Source: Desulfurococcales archaeon (GTDB lineage: Archaea; Thermoproteota; Thermoprotei_A; Sulfolobales; NBVN01). From it: a stretch of 64,000 nucleotides of DNA. Positions 34,835 through 43,493 of this stretch are shown here, in pieces; the stretch's first letter is position 1, and each line of letters begins with the position of its first letter. The notes below the pieces were generated by a model. That model saw only the letters and a list, made by a program, of their open reading frames with translations. It was not told the DNA's origin and searched no databases. The stretch is taken from assembly GCA_015521325.1 (NCBI GenBank), contig WAOK01000002.1:70756-134755 (forward strand), read 5' to 3'. The position numbers were made by a program, and so were the translations under genes.

Positions 34835-35331
34835 GATGAACATATGGCAGCTATGTCGCTCGCCCTCACGAGCGGGGCGTAGTGAGTTCTCAAGGATCTC
34901 TTGAGCGTTGTTGAGTCAGTGTCTATTATCACGGTCACGAGCACAACTCTCGCACCGGATGAGGAGAGAGTTCTCATGCTGTTGAGTATGTAGGACTCGT
35001 TTTCCGACGTATCGCTCACTAGGGCGACACGCCTCCCCCTGACCTTGCCATATACCCTGCACGGATCACTAGAGCACTCAACTACGGCGAAGGGGGCACC
35101 GATTTTCTCGGCTATTAGGGCGGCGTACGCCGCTCCCTGGGGTGATATGCCAGCAATAGCTTCAACTCCTGCCGCTTGTATAAGGGACGCCCACTCACCT
35201 ATTACAAACGCCCGTAAGTTGGGCTCCGCAGCTATTATTGCTGTGTCTATAGCTATGCCTCCCTCCTTTACTGGCCTTATAACCCCGGCCTTACATAGTT
35301 CCAGCACAAGTGCTGGGCTTCTCTTAAACAA
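34819..35331 (-). CDS. Type I phosphoribosyltransferase-fold protein, orotate PRTase-like but with atypical PRPP loop
   Basis: 170 aa. 8-nt overlap with pyrF. The region VALVSDTSENESYILNSM aligns to the usual V(I/L)VDDVxTTGxS PRPP motif but is divergent. TTG start. Confidence 0.5.
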   Translation of the reverse strand: MFKRSPALVLELCKAGVIRPVKEGGIAIDTAIIAAEPNLRAFVIGEWASLIQAAGVEAIAGISPQGAAYAALIAEKIGAPFAVVECSSDPCRVYGKVRGRRVALVSDTSENESYILNSMRTLSSSGARVVLVTVIIDTDSTTLKRSLRTHYAPLVRASDIAAICSSAFGG

Positions 35332-36064
35332 TTCCTACGACCCCCTCCCAACACCTGCTCATATTATCCCGGACGTAACGTGTCTGGGCATCAACTATTC
35401 TCCTTGCCGAAGTAGCGGGGTCGGGTGAGTTAATTATTGCTCTTCCGTATACTTCAGCATCGGCTCCGGCGCATAAGGCCTCACCCGGGTTCATACCCCC
35501 AACAACGCTGACTGGCGCTAATATTATTACAGAGTTCCCAAATGTTGAGCGGAAATCCCTTATTACGTCCGGCATCGACCCGGGTATGAAGATAGCGCTT
35601 GGTCTAAGGGCATTAACAACCTGTTTTAGCTTGGGTATGAGTGCGCTGAGTGTCTCTCTGGCCCCGCTGTTGGATAGAGTCACATGAAGGATCAGGTCGA
35701 GCGATATCTCCTCGGAGACGTCAGCAAGCTTGTCGAGACCTCCCTCTATCCCGACTGCCGCGTGAGCGGTTACTCCATGGAAGCCTGAGTGCTTGGCTAC
35801 CTCAGCAGCCCACGCCATTATGTCACCTATGTCAGCGAGCTTTAAGTCAGCTATGTAATAAGGACCCTCTAGTCTTTCCAGAATAGATCTTACAGTTCTT
35901 GATCCCTGCCTAACAAGGAACGGCAGACCAAATTTATAAGCGGGGATAAATTCGGCTGTCCTCTCCATGATGTCATAGACAAAAGCAGGGTCTAGACGGG
36001 GTGAGTCCACCGAGAGCACGAGCCTGGTATGGGAGGAGCGTATGGCGGTGATGATGTCCGGCAA
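35324..36064 (-). CDS. pyrF: Orotidine 5'-phosphate decarboxylase
   Basis: 246 aa. Motifs LVLSVDSP, AYKFGLPFL, IADLKLADIGDI (DxKxxDI), GADAEVYGRAI. Confidence 0.75.
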   Translation of the reverse strand: MPDIITAIRSSHTRLVLSVDSPRLDPAFVYDIMERTAEFIPAYKFGLPFLVRQGSRTVRSILERLEGPYYIADLKLADIGDIMAWAAEVAKHSGFHGVTAHAAVGIEGGLDKLADVSEEISLDLILHVTLSNSGARETLSALIPKLKQVVNALRPSAIFIPGSMPDVIRDFRSTFGNSVIILAPVSVVGGMNPGEALCAGADAEVYGRAIINSPDPATSARRIVDAQTRYVRDNMSRCWEGVVGIV

Positions 36065-36096
36065 GACCTTTGCCCGTTTCTTTTTACTTACGGCTC

Positions 36097-36945
36097 TTAT
36101 TTATTCGGTTTATCCTCTACTCTCCTCATATCCCTTAGCCATACAACACGCTGCGGGAATGGTATCTCTATGCCGTTCCTGTCGAGGGCCTCCTTTATCT
36201 CCTTGATGAGGTATTTCCTGACCTCCCACCAGTACTCTATCGGTATCCACGCCCTCACCAGGAGGTTCACGCTTGACTCGCCGAGTTCCTCAACGAATAT
36301 CTCTGGCTCCGGCTCCGCTAACACATACTCCGAGCGCTCAAGAACATCCCTTATGACTTCGACGGCTTTCCCTATGTCCGAGAGGTAAGAAATGCCGACC
36401 GGTATGTCGTACCTCCTGGCCCTTATCCTGCTAAGGTTCACGACATTACTGCTTATGAGGATGGAGTTTGGCACCCTCACTATCCGACCATCGAGCGTCC
36501 TGACCTTGGTGGAGAGGAACCCTATATCTATAACGTAGCCGACAGCTTCTCCAAGCTCTACTAGGTCACCCACCCTGACGTGTCCCTCTGCAGTGAAGAA
36601 GAGCCCAGCTATTGCCTCGCCTAGAGACGACTGTGCCGCGAGACCGATCACTATGCCCAGGAACCCGGATGCTATGATTAGGGAGGAGACGTCTATGCCG
36701 AGGATCGATATGGTTGCCACGATACCGAGGATCGCGCTGGCATAGAGGAAGAACTTGCCAGCCATTTTAGCGACGTATACTGACGCAGTCTTTAGCAGGG
36801 CCCTCGTAACTAGCTTGTCGAGGTACTTCCCAATTATTATGGCGAGTATGAACGCCACTGCCGCCATAATGTACCTCATGACGACAGACTCCTCTGTTCC
36901 GAAGAGGTTGGCGGCAGTATTGATTATCTGGTCAAAGGGCCACAT
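36097..36945 (-). CDS. mscS: Small-conductance mechanosensitive channel (MscS family)
   Basis: 282 aa. Three TM helices, then the beta-domain HVRVGDLVELGEAVGYVIDIGFLSTKVRTLDGRIVRVPNS, typical of MscS. Confidence 0.8.
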   Translation of the reverse strand: MWPFDQIINTAANLFGTEESVVMRYIMAAVAFILAIIIGKYLDKLVTRALLKTASVYVAKMAGKFFLYASAILGIVATISILGIDVSSLIIASGFLGIVIGLAAQSSLGEAIAGLFFTAEGHVRVGDLVELGEAVGYVIDIGFLSTKVRTLDGRIVRVPNSILISSNVVNLSRIRARRYDIPVGISYLSDIGKAVEVIRDVLERSEYVLAEPEPEIFVEELGESSVNLLVRAWIPIEYWWEVRKYLIKEIKEALDRNGIEIPFPQRVVWLRDMRRVEDKPNK

Positions 36946-36956
36946 ACTTCGTCACC

Positions 36957-37646
36957 TCAGTAGCCGTAAAGCATAACGAACGTTTTCACCGCCCTCTTAG
37001 CGACGAGTATCAGCTTCTTATTATAGTACCTCACAGCCACAGCCGTTCGCACCACAGCCCTCCTCCTGTCAATCACGTTCATCAGTATCGTATCGCTATA
37101 CGCCTTCCCCGACGTGTCGACGTAGGTTGAGATAGCATTTATTGGGATCACGAACTTCGTCACCCTGATAGGCTCATCAAAGCTGTTCGTTACTTGCAGG
37201 GTGAACCTCATGAAGTACTCCTGCCCTACCCTCGCCAGCTCCTCTGCCCTTAAGTACCTGCAGAGGTGCCCCCTCTCCGGGGAGCCATACAGCGCATACT
37301 TTATCCCGTGCAGGGGAAACCAATCCACTGCGTAGTCACCTACCTTCACCTCTATGTCCGCGGGCACAGCATACTCGACGCGCACAGAATCCATTGGACC
37401 AACGAGAAGGGGGTATGGGAGCCTTACCATTAGGTGGGTCGCGGACCTCAGCCTGCCTCTCCCGGGAGGCCTGGGTGAGACAGAGTACGTTAGTGCCCTG
37501 CCCGCTATGGCCAGCTTAACTATTTCTTTTCCATTTAATGATCTCGTGTATTGCGTCATGTTCTCCTTCGTCACAACGCTTATCTCGTAGTCACCGACCC
37601 GCTCCCTCAGCACCGCGCCGACTTCCCTTGCACCGAAGCCCTGCAC
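36957..37646 (-). CDS. Hypothetical cytoplasmic protein (possibly the archaeal DUF432 family)
   Basis: 229 aa with no recognisable catalytic motif. 12 nt upstream of mscS on the same strand. Confidence 0.4.
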   Translation of the reverse strand: MQGFGAREVGAVLRERVGDYEISVVTKENMTQYTRSLNGKEIVKLAIAGRALTYSVSPRPPGRGRLRSATHLMVRLPYPLLVGPMDSVRVEYAVPADIEVKVGDYAVDWFPLHGIKYALYGSPERGHLCRYLRAEELARVGQEYFMRFTLQVTNSFDEPIRVTKFVIPINAISTYVDTSGKAYSDTILMNVIDRRRAVVRTAVAVRYYNKKLILVAKRAVKTFVMLYGY

Positions 37647-37786
37647 TATATCCGCTCCCTAATCTTATCGTGTTTCGATATTATTCGGTGTTCCTCCGAG
37701 GCAGTAATAATACCGGCTGATAGAGAGAGGCGCTGAGAGTAGTGCCTCACCCTTTTTGAGTCATCGGGCCTGTATAGTTTCTAACG

Positions 37787-38101
37787 GTGGTCTCCGAGGT
37801 GAAGCGGCCTGTTCCCGAGCCCTTAATGCTCCTCGCTCTCATAGTGTCTAAGGGCTCCGTGAGAGGTAAGCTAACTCTGCATAGAATAGCTTACGAAGCA
37901 GGGCTCCAGTACGGGTGGGTTAAGTACTCCTTTGGGCCATACAGCAAGGACCTCGACCGAGACCTGGAGCTACTGATCTCTTCTGGCCTCATCAGGGTTA
38001 TAGAGGACGGTGAAGGTGTGCCGATATTCACTCCAACAAAGAAGGGGGTCGATGTAGCAACCTCTCTCGGCATATTGGTGAGGGCGAAGAGCAAGGCCTG
38101 A
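37787..38101 (+). CDS. Small wHTH-like protein (unknown function; faint resemblance to DUF4065/Panacea or YwgA-type domains)
   Basis: 104 aa. The pattern KLTLHRIAYEAGL...YSFGPYSKDLDRDLELLISSGLI is judged from memory only. The start codon is uncertain (GTG 37787, GTG 37799 or an ATG near 37824). Confidence 0.4.
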   Translation: MVSEVKRPVPEPLMLLALIVSKGSVRGKLTLHRIAYEAGLQYGWVKYSFGPYSKDLDRDLELLISSGLIRVIEDGEGVPIFTPTKKGVDVATSLGILVRAKSKA

Positions 38102-38149
38102 GGTCTACTGCTTTTTAGCTGTTCGTTCCATCTGAACAGGGGCCTTTCC

Positions 38150-38896
38150 TTGGCGTACCAGATGAGCAAGCGACAGCTCATGATCAGTATGGTGTATGGT
38201 CAGGCAATGATAGGTGTTCTTACAGTCCTCAACGTATTCTTTCCCGAGTACCTTGGATACACGTTCATAATCTTCATTATCGGTATGGGCGTTTTCGCAG
38301 CCCTCTCCGCCAGGACTATGCTCAAGCATGTGAGGAGCAGGGAGGCGAGGGAAATAAGATCGGGTAAGCTCCTGCTTAAGGCAGATCCCAAGGTCGTTAA
38401 GGAGTTGCAGGCAGCTGACGCCGAGAGACTTACCAGAGAGATGATGCCGGCTGCTAAGGCCATGCTCGTACCATTCCTAGGGCTAATAGTAGTGTTCGCT
38501 TGGTACCCGACGTACTTCGGATACGCGACCCCCATAGCTAGGTCGACCGACGACGTGCTGGTGAGGGTGCTGATCTTCCTGGCAGGGTACGAGATACCGT
38601 ACTCCATCATAATGGGGCTGAACTTCCTCTCGAGGCGGGCATTGAAGGAGATGGTGCAGGTTGTTCAGTCATATGAGGTGTACGACAAGGGCATCCTCGG
38701 CCCGGGCATAGTCGAGTTCTTCCCCCTTGACACGAAGAAGTACAAGGTGGTGTATAGCCCTGTGAGGAAGTTTGTTGAGCTGAGGAAGCTCGGCAAGCCC
38801 TTAGTGAAGTTCAGGTTCTACACGAAAAGATATGAAAGGTTCGTAGACATACTGAAGAGGTACGGCGGAGTTAAGGATGTGGAGCGCGTGGAGTGA
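38150..38896 (+). CDS. 4-TM membrane protein with about 85-aa basic cytoplasmic C-terminal domain (unknown function)
   Basis: 248 aa. Two TM hairpins separated by an amphipathic charged segment. 48 nt downstream of the wHTH-like gene. Confidence 0.45.
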   Translation: MAYQMSKRQLMISMVYGQAMIGVLTVLNVFFPEYLGYTFIIFIIGMGVFAALSARTMLKHVRSREAREIRSGKLLLKADPKVVKELQAADAERLTREMMPAAKAMLVPFLGLIVVFAWYPTYFGYATPIARSTDDVLVRVLIFLAGYEIPYSIIMGLNFLSRRALKEMVQVVQSYEVYDKGILGPGIVEFFPLDTKKYKVVYSPVRKFVELRKLGKPLVKFRFYTKRYERFVDILKRYGGVKDVERVE

Positions 38897-39911
38897 AGCC
38901 GCGGCATTGCTCGTGCTCCTCGCCGCTACATCACCCTATGCAGCAGTTATAACTGGGTACGGCATACTCCACATAACCGAGTACACAGCCTCGATAGGTG
39001 AGTGCACACTAGCTAATGGAACACTTGCTGACCTTTGGATCGGCAGCACGACCGCTGTTGCTTACAGCTCTTCTGACCGCTTGAGGCTCATCCTAGTAAA
39101 TGACACAGGAATATACACAGCGATATACAGACCCGGCGACTTCCTAGGACTAGGTGAGGGGGGCAGGGTTATCATCCACGAGGGTGGGGTCGTCGATGTC
39201 GCCGGCGAGGCGAGTGTCAACGTAGGTCAGGTCTGCACGCACCCTTTCTCAGCTAAGTCGAACAGAGATGAACTAGCTGTTGCGTGCGATAATGCACTGC
39301 TTTACTACAGGCTCGACTCACCAACGGCCTTGCTCGTGGAATTGACTAACATATCCGCTGTGCTGGGGCTAGAGAACGGCACTGTGTTGGTGAGGCTAGG
39401 GTATGGGGTCGGGTTCGTTGATATCACCAGGCACGAGCTCTTCGCGATTACCTGCGAGCCCTTGATGTGGGGAGCGGGAAACGAGGGGGTGTGGGTGGCA
39501 TGTGACGGAGAACCGGTCGAGGTACTCCTTTTCAAGGGCGGTTCCATTGAGCATGCCGAGGTACGGCAGCCCTATCGGGTGTGCTCTAGCACCGGCGATC
39601 CCTGTAAGGTGGCTGAGGGCTCCTTATATATTGAGAAGCTCTCCTTCACACACTTCGAGGGGGATATGCTCTATAAGGGCATTCGGGTAAGCAGTGCTAA
39701 CGTTGTTATGATGGGATCACGGATCAGTCCACCCGTGTATACCGAGGTTCCAAACAATTGCCTAACTATTTCCGCACCTGGTTTCGTGGCTACGGGGGAG
39801 CCCATACCCTCCCGTCTATTGGTGGGTACGGCGATGATCGTGGGCGGGCTTATTTCTGTTCTGCTAGGGTACAGGATCTCGAAACAGGAAAGCGTATCAG
39901 GGGAGGGGTAG
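38877..39911 (+). CDS. Secreted beta-rich protein with C-terminal TM anchor (unknown function)
   Basis: 344 aa. Signal peptide AAALLVLLAATSPYAA, several Cys, C-terminal TM LLVGTAMIVGGLISVLLGY. 20-nt overlap with the upstream gene. Confidence 0.4.
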   Translation: MWSAWSEAAALLVLLAATSPYAAVITGYGILHITEYTASIGECTLANGTLADLWIGSTTAVAYSSSDRLRLILVNDTGIYTAIYRPGDFLGLGEGGRVIIHEGGVVDVAGEASVNVGQVCTHPFSAKSNRDELAVACDNALLYYRLDSPTALLVELTNISAVLGLENGTVLVRLGYGVGFVDITRHELFAITCEPLMWGAGNEGVWVACDGEPVEVLLFKGGSIEHAEVRQPYRVCSSTGDPCKVAEGSLYIEKLSFTHFEGDMLYKGIRVSSANVVMMGSRISPPVYTEVPNNCLTISAPGFVATGEPIPSRLLVGTAMIVGGLISVLLGYRISKQESVSGEG

Positions 39912-39957
39912 AGCATTGATAAACTCTGTTCAATGAAGTAGGGGTGAGGTCAAGGAA

Positions 39958-40635
39958 TTGATTGAGAGAGTGAGGAGAGCGGCGGCACTGCTCGGTGAGG
40001 GGAAGCCTGTGTTCATCTATGACGGGGATGAAAGAGAGGGCGAGGTTGACATGGTATATTACGCAGCGCTGATCACGCCAGAGAAGGTTACTAACCTCAG
40101 GACCATTGCTGGAGGACTTATCTGCTACGCCATGCCAGCCAGGATCGGGGCCCTCATTGGTCTGAGGTACATGGACGACATCCTCCGTGAGGCGGGGTAT
40201 GGGGAGATTGCTGGGCACCCTCTCTCGTACGGTGACCCACCTAACTTCAGCCTCTGGGTCAATCACAGGAGTGTCAAGACAGGGATAAGGGATGGTGATA
40301 GAGCCGTGACAATAAGGGCGCTGGATGAGGTCGTCCGGACGGCGATAGAGGTGGGCGGTGAGCAGGCGAGGGCGAGGTTCCTTAAGGAGTTCGTGGCGCC
40401 GGGCCACGTACCAATACTTCTCGGTAGGGGGCTCGAGAAAAGGAGAGGGCATACGGAGCTCTCGCTAGCTCTGGCGGAGTTGGGTGGTTTGAGACCGTCG
40501 GTCGTAATGGCGGAGATGCTCTATGGGTCTGAGGCAATGCCCCCGGCAATGGCGAAGGAAGTGGCCGAGAGATTCGGTAGTGTGCTAGTGAGCGGGGAGG
40601 AAATCATTGAAGCCGTTGAGGAGCTATCACATTAA
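39958..40635 (+). CDS. ribB: 3,4-dihydroxy-2-butanone 4-phosphate synthase
   Basis: 225 aa. Motifs GKPVFIYDGDEREGEVDMV, AGGLIC, APGHV, RRGHTELSLALAEL. Close to archaeal RibB as I recall it. Confidence 0.85.
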   Translation: MIERVRRAAALLGEGKPVFIYDGDEREGEVDMVYYAALITPEKVTNLRTIAGGLICYAMPARIGALIGLRYMDDILREAGYGEIAGHPLSYGDPPNFSLWVNHRSVKTGIRDGDRAVTIRALDEVVRTAIEVGGEQARARFLKEFVAPGHVPILLGRGLEKRRGHTELSLALAELGGLRPSVVMAEMLYGSEAMPPAMAKEVAERFGSVLVSGEEIIEAVEELSH

Positions 40636-40668
40636 TGGCCTAAAACAATTACTAATCGGGTCGAGCAG

Positions 40669-41379
40669 TTGGTGCGCCTCTGTATAAGCATCCCCTACGA
40701 GGTTCTCGAGAAGATAATCAAGGATCAGCGCTACAAGGGACTCCCGCCTGAGGAGGCCGTGCGGCAGTTCATCATCGACGCCGTTACGCAAACAGAGAAG
40801 GGTGGTAAGGCACTCATACCGCTACCACCTCAGAAGGAGGGGGAGAGCGTAGCTGGCACCGTGCCCGAGTCATTCATAATCCAGAAGCTTGACAACATAC
40901 ACAAGTGGACCTCAAGGACTTACGAAATCCTTGAGGCACTGCTTGATAAGGTCTCCACGCTCGAGCAGGAGATAAAGAACATATCCGCTGGGGCTCCTCC
41001 CAGACCTGCCCCGAAGGCAGCGGAGCACGAAGAGAGGGGGAGGCGGAGGAAGTCGGCGATCGATTTCCTCAAGGAGCAGAAGATAATGTTCGAGGCCGAC
41101 ATAGCTAACAGAATAAGGAACAGGGACGCTTTCTTCGAAAGGCTCAGAAGGGACGGCGCCGTTGTACTGGAGCTGAAGTATGGGAGAGTCGCTGTCGACC
41201 CCGATTACTGGGAGGAGTTCAAGTCAGCCCTCAACGAGCTTGACACAAGCGATGACGCAGAAATAGAGAGGAGGCTCGGTAAGAAGGGGTATGCCCTCCT
41301 GAAGGCCTTAAGCGAGGACGGTGTTGTGTACTTCGATGCGACTAAGCGTAGGTGGGTGTTCGCCGAAAAACTGCCCTAA
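40669..41379 (+). CDS. Hypothetical protein: RHH-like N-terminus, coiled coil, basic linker, wH-like C-terminus
   Basis: 236 aa. LCISIPYEVLEKIIKD (RHH-like strand-helix), STLEQEIKNI coiled coil, ERGRRRKS, C-terminal GYALLKALSEDGVVYFDATKRRWVF. Confidence 0.4.
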   Translation: MVRLCISIPYEVLEKIIKDQRYKGLPPEEAVRQFIIDAVTQTEKGGKALIPLPPQKEGESVAGTVPESFIIQKLDNIHKWTSRTYEILEALLDKVSTLEQEIKNISAGAPPRPAPKAAEHEERGRRRKSAIDFLKEQKIMFEADIANRIRNRDAFFERLRRDGAVVLELKYGRVAVDPDYWEEFKSALNELDTSDDAEIERRLGKKGYALLKALSEDGVVYFDATKRRWVFAEKLP

Positions 41380-42290
41380 ATATAAATGGTTGGTCTGTGC
41401 CCCGGCCTCATGTAACCCCATGGCATGACCTCTGTGTTCCTAGCCGCTGCCACCCTCCCGTACTTATCAGCCACTATTATGCCCACGTTACCGCTCCCGA
41501 AGAGGGCAGTTATTGAGGACACTGTCAACCACGCGGCCTCGCTGGGTGATGAGCCACTCGCTAGCTTCTCTACCGCCCTAAGGCAGGCCATACTCATGAT
41601 TATGACCTCGCCGTAGCCTGTAGCCGCAGCCGCACCCCAGCGATCAGCGTAGAACCCCGCTCCCGGAATTGGTGAATCTCCTACACGCCCAGGGAACTTC
41701 ATTATGACTCCCCCAGTGCTTACGGCCGCTGCCGTGCCTCCGTCCGCATCAACCGCTACAGCACCTACGGTATCGAGGAGACCCAGTTCCTTTGCCTCCT
41801 TGTACCTCAGTGCGTAGTATGTGTTACCTCCTTCCCTCACTTTCTCAAGCAACTCCTTCCATCTCTTGATAGCCCTCTCACTTGGGCCGGGGTGGCGGGG
41901 AAGGGAGAGCTTCTTCGCGAGTTCATCGGCGCCCCTGCCAGCTAGTATGATATGGCCTGTCTTCTCCATAACTATCCTCGCGAGCACAACAGGATTCCTG
42001 GGGTACTCAACCGCCGCTACAGCGCCCGCTCTACGGCTGCGCCCATCCATTATCCCCGCATCCATGCTGAGACCGCCTTTCAGGTCAAGAACAGATCCTA
42101 CCCCGGCATTGAAAATTCCCGAGTCCTCCATGTACCGGACAGCCGCCTCAACAGCATCGACTGCGGAACCTGTTCGGATCGCCCTTACCCCCTCATCCAG
42201 AGCCGCCTCGAGCTCCTTCCTCACCCTATCATAGTTTCTCCAGCCTCTCCTCGAGCCAGCGCCGCCGTGTACCGCCACCACCGGGATCAT
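41376..42290 (-). CDS. Isoaspartyl peptidase / plant-type L-asparaginase (Ntn hydrolase)
   Basis: 304 aa. AVHGGAG and the autocleavage site DTVGAVAVD with nucleophile Thr. Confidence 0.8.
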   Translation of the reverse strand: MIPVVAVHGGAGSRRGWRNYDRVRKELEAALDEGVRAIRTGSAVDAVEAAVRYMEDSGIFNAGVGSVLDLKGGLSMDAGIMDGRSRRAGAVAAVEYPRNPVVLARIVMEKTGHIILAGRGADELAKKLSLPRHPGPSERAIKRWKELLEKVREGGNTYYALRYKEAKELGLLDTVGAVAVDADGGTAAAVSTGGVIMKFPGRVGDSPIPGAGFYADRWGAAAATGYGEVIIMSMACLRAVEKLASGSSPSEAAWLTVSSITALFGSGNVGIIVADKYGRVAAARNTEVMPWGYMRPGHRPTIYI

Positions 42291-42362
42291 CTACGCCACC
42301 AAAAGGTGGGCAGTGCTCACGATTTAAGCGGCTTAGGCGAAACATCTACAGGCTCAGCTGGG

Positions 42363-43481
42363 ATGGGTGAGGCAGTGCGTCTATGGGTGCTGAAGGAGAG
42401 GGTAGCTAACGAGCTCCGCGAGCTCCTCGGTAGGGAAAGGGCAGCCATTGTAGCACAGGACCCACATGCCAGGAGGAGGCCAAGGCCGTGTGGTATAACC
42501 ATTCACCCTGGGCACGGATGCCCACTGAGGTGCGCTTACTGCTACATATATGACATGGGGTTCACTGCCGAGCCCCGACCATATCCATTGAGCGGTGAGG
42601 AACTTGCATATGCTCTGGCTAAGAACCCATACGTTGTTCCGGAGAGAACGTTAGCGGCTTTCGGCTCCGTTACCGAGCCCCTACTACCCGTTCTTAAGAA
42701 AAGGACGCTCGAATACGCTACCTCCATATCTAAGTGGTTAAGACTACCCATACAATTGAGCACGAAATTACTGATTGACGAGAGCTTCGTGGAGGGCCTG
42801 TACAAAGCGGATCCGGCCGCTAGTATATTGGTGAGTGTGTCGAGCCTTAAGTACTGGAGGAAACTAGAGCCCAACGCACCGGAACCATTACTTAGGATAG
42901 AGAGGGCCTCTATAGCTGTAGAGAAAGGTCTGCGCGTCGATCTGTTTCTTCGTCCCATCATACCGGGCCTCCTCTCCCAGAATGAGGTGAAGGAACTTTT
43001 CGTCGCCGCCAAAGATGCAGGCTTTTCTGGGGTAGTTGCAGGATCGTTAAGGGTTACGAGAAGCATAGTTGAGAGGTTGTTGTCTACAGGTATACCGGCA
43101 GAGGTGCTCAAGAAGTCGTTAAGAAGTATTAAACTTTCGAGAAAGCAAGTTCCTATTCCCGACCACAGTACAAAAGAAATAGTGCGTTTGGTCGCGGCTG
43201 AGGTCGGTCTCGAGTATCTCCCGTCAGCATGTGCAGCTAATATTAGATCCCACGGCATGGGCTGCGCTCTATGTAGGTTCGGCCCCTGCGGGAACCCGCC
43301 GCTACCCGATCCGACGGATATAGGGGAGTTCCTCGAGATGCTCGGGCTAAGGGCATCCGTATCTTTTACTGGGTACACCATTAAGGTGATGCTGAGGAGA
43401 GGTGATGAGAGGAGGGCGAGAATTGCTAAGGACTTTCTTTCCGAGATATATAAGCGCAGGGTTGTTCTTCGGTCTGTTTAG
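42363..43481 (+). CDS. Radical SAM protein (SplB/COG1533-like 'DNA repair photolyase' family), with extra C-terminal Cys cluster
   Basis: The track ORF (41952-43481) is over-extended antisense to the asparaginase gene. I start at ATG 42363 (MGEAVRLWV...). CPLRCAYC = CxxxCxxC. Later motif CAANIRSHGMGCALCRFGPC. Confidence 0.7.
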   Translation: MGEAVRLWVLKERVANELRELLGRERAAIVAQDPHARRRPRPCGITIHPGHGCPLRCAYCYIYDMGFTAEPRPYPLSGEELAYALAKNPYVVPERTLAAFGSVTEPLLPVLKKRTLEYATSISKWLRLPIQLSTKLLIDESFVEGLYKADPAASILVSVSSLKYWRKLEPNAPEPLLRIERASIAVEKGLRVDLFLRPIIPGLLSQNEVKELFVAAKDAGFSGVVAGSLRVTRSIVERLLSTGIPAEVLKKSLRSIKLSRKQVPIPDHSTKEIVRLVAAEVGLEYLPSACAANIRSHGMGCALCRFGPCGNPPLPDPTDIGEFLEMLGLRASVSFTGYTIKVMLRRGDERRARIAKDFLSEIYKRRVVLRSV

Positions 43482-43493
43482 CTGTAAAACCTT

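Noticed and set aside
39850-40452. 200-aa minus-strand ORF
   Set aside because: It is antisense to the very well supported ribB gene, with proline/arginine-rich shadow-frame composition.
41952-42362. N-terminal 137 codons of the 509-aa track ORF
   Set aside because: This part is antisense to the asparaginase gene and has odd composition (R/H/P/S-rich). The radical SAM domain begins right after ATG 42363, which lies in the true intergenic gap.
42542-43381. 279-aa minus-strand ORF
   Set aside because: It is antisense to the radical SAM gene, S/G/L-rich, with no motifs. This is a typical shadow ORF in GC-rich coding DNA.
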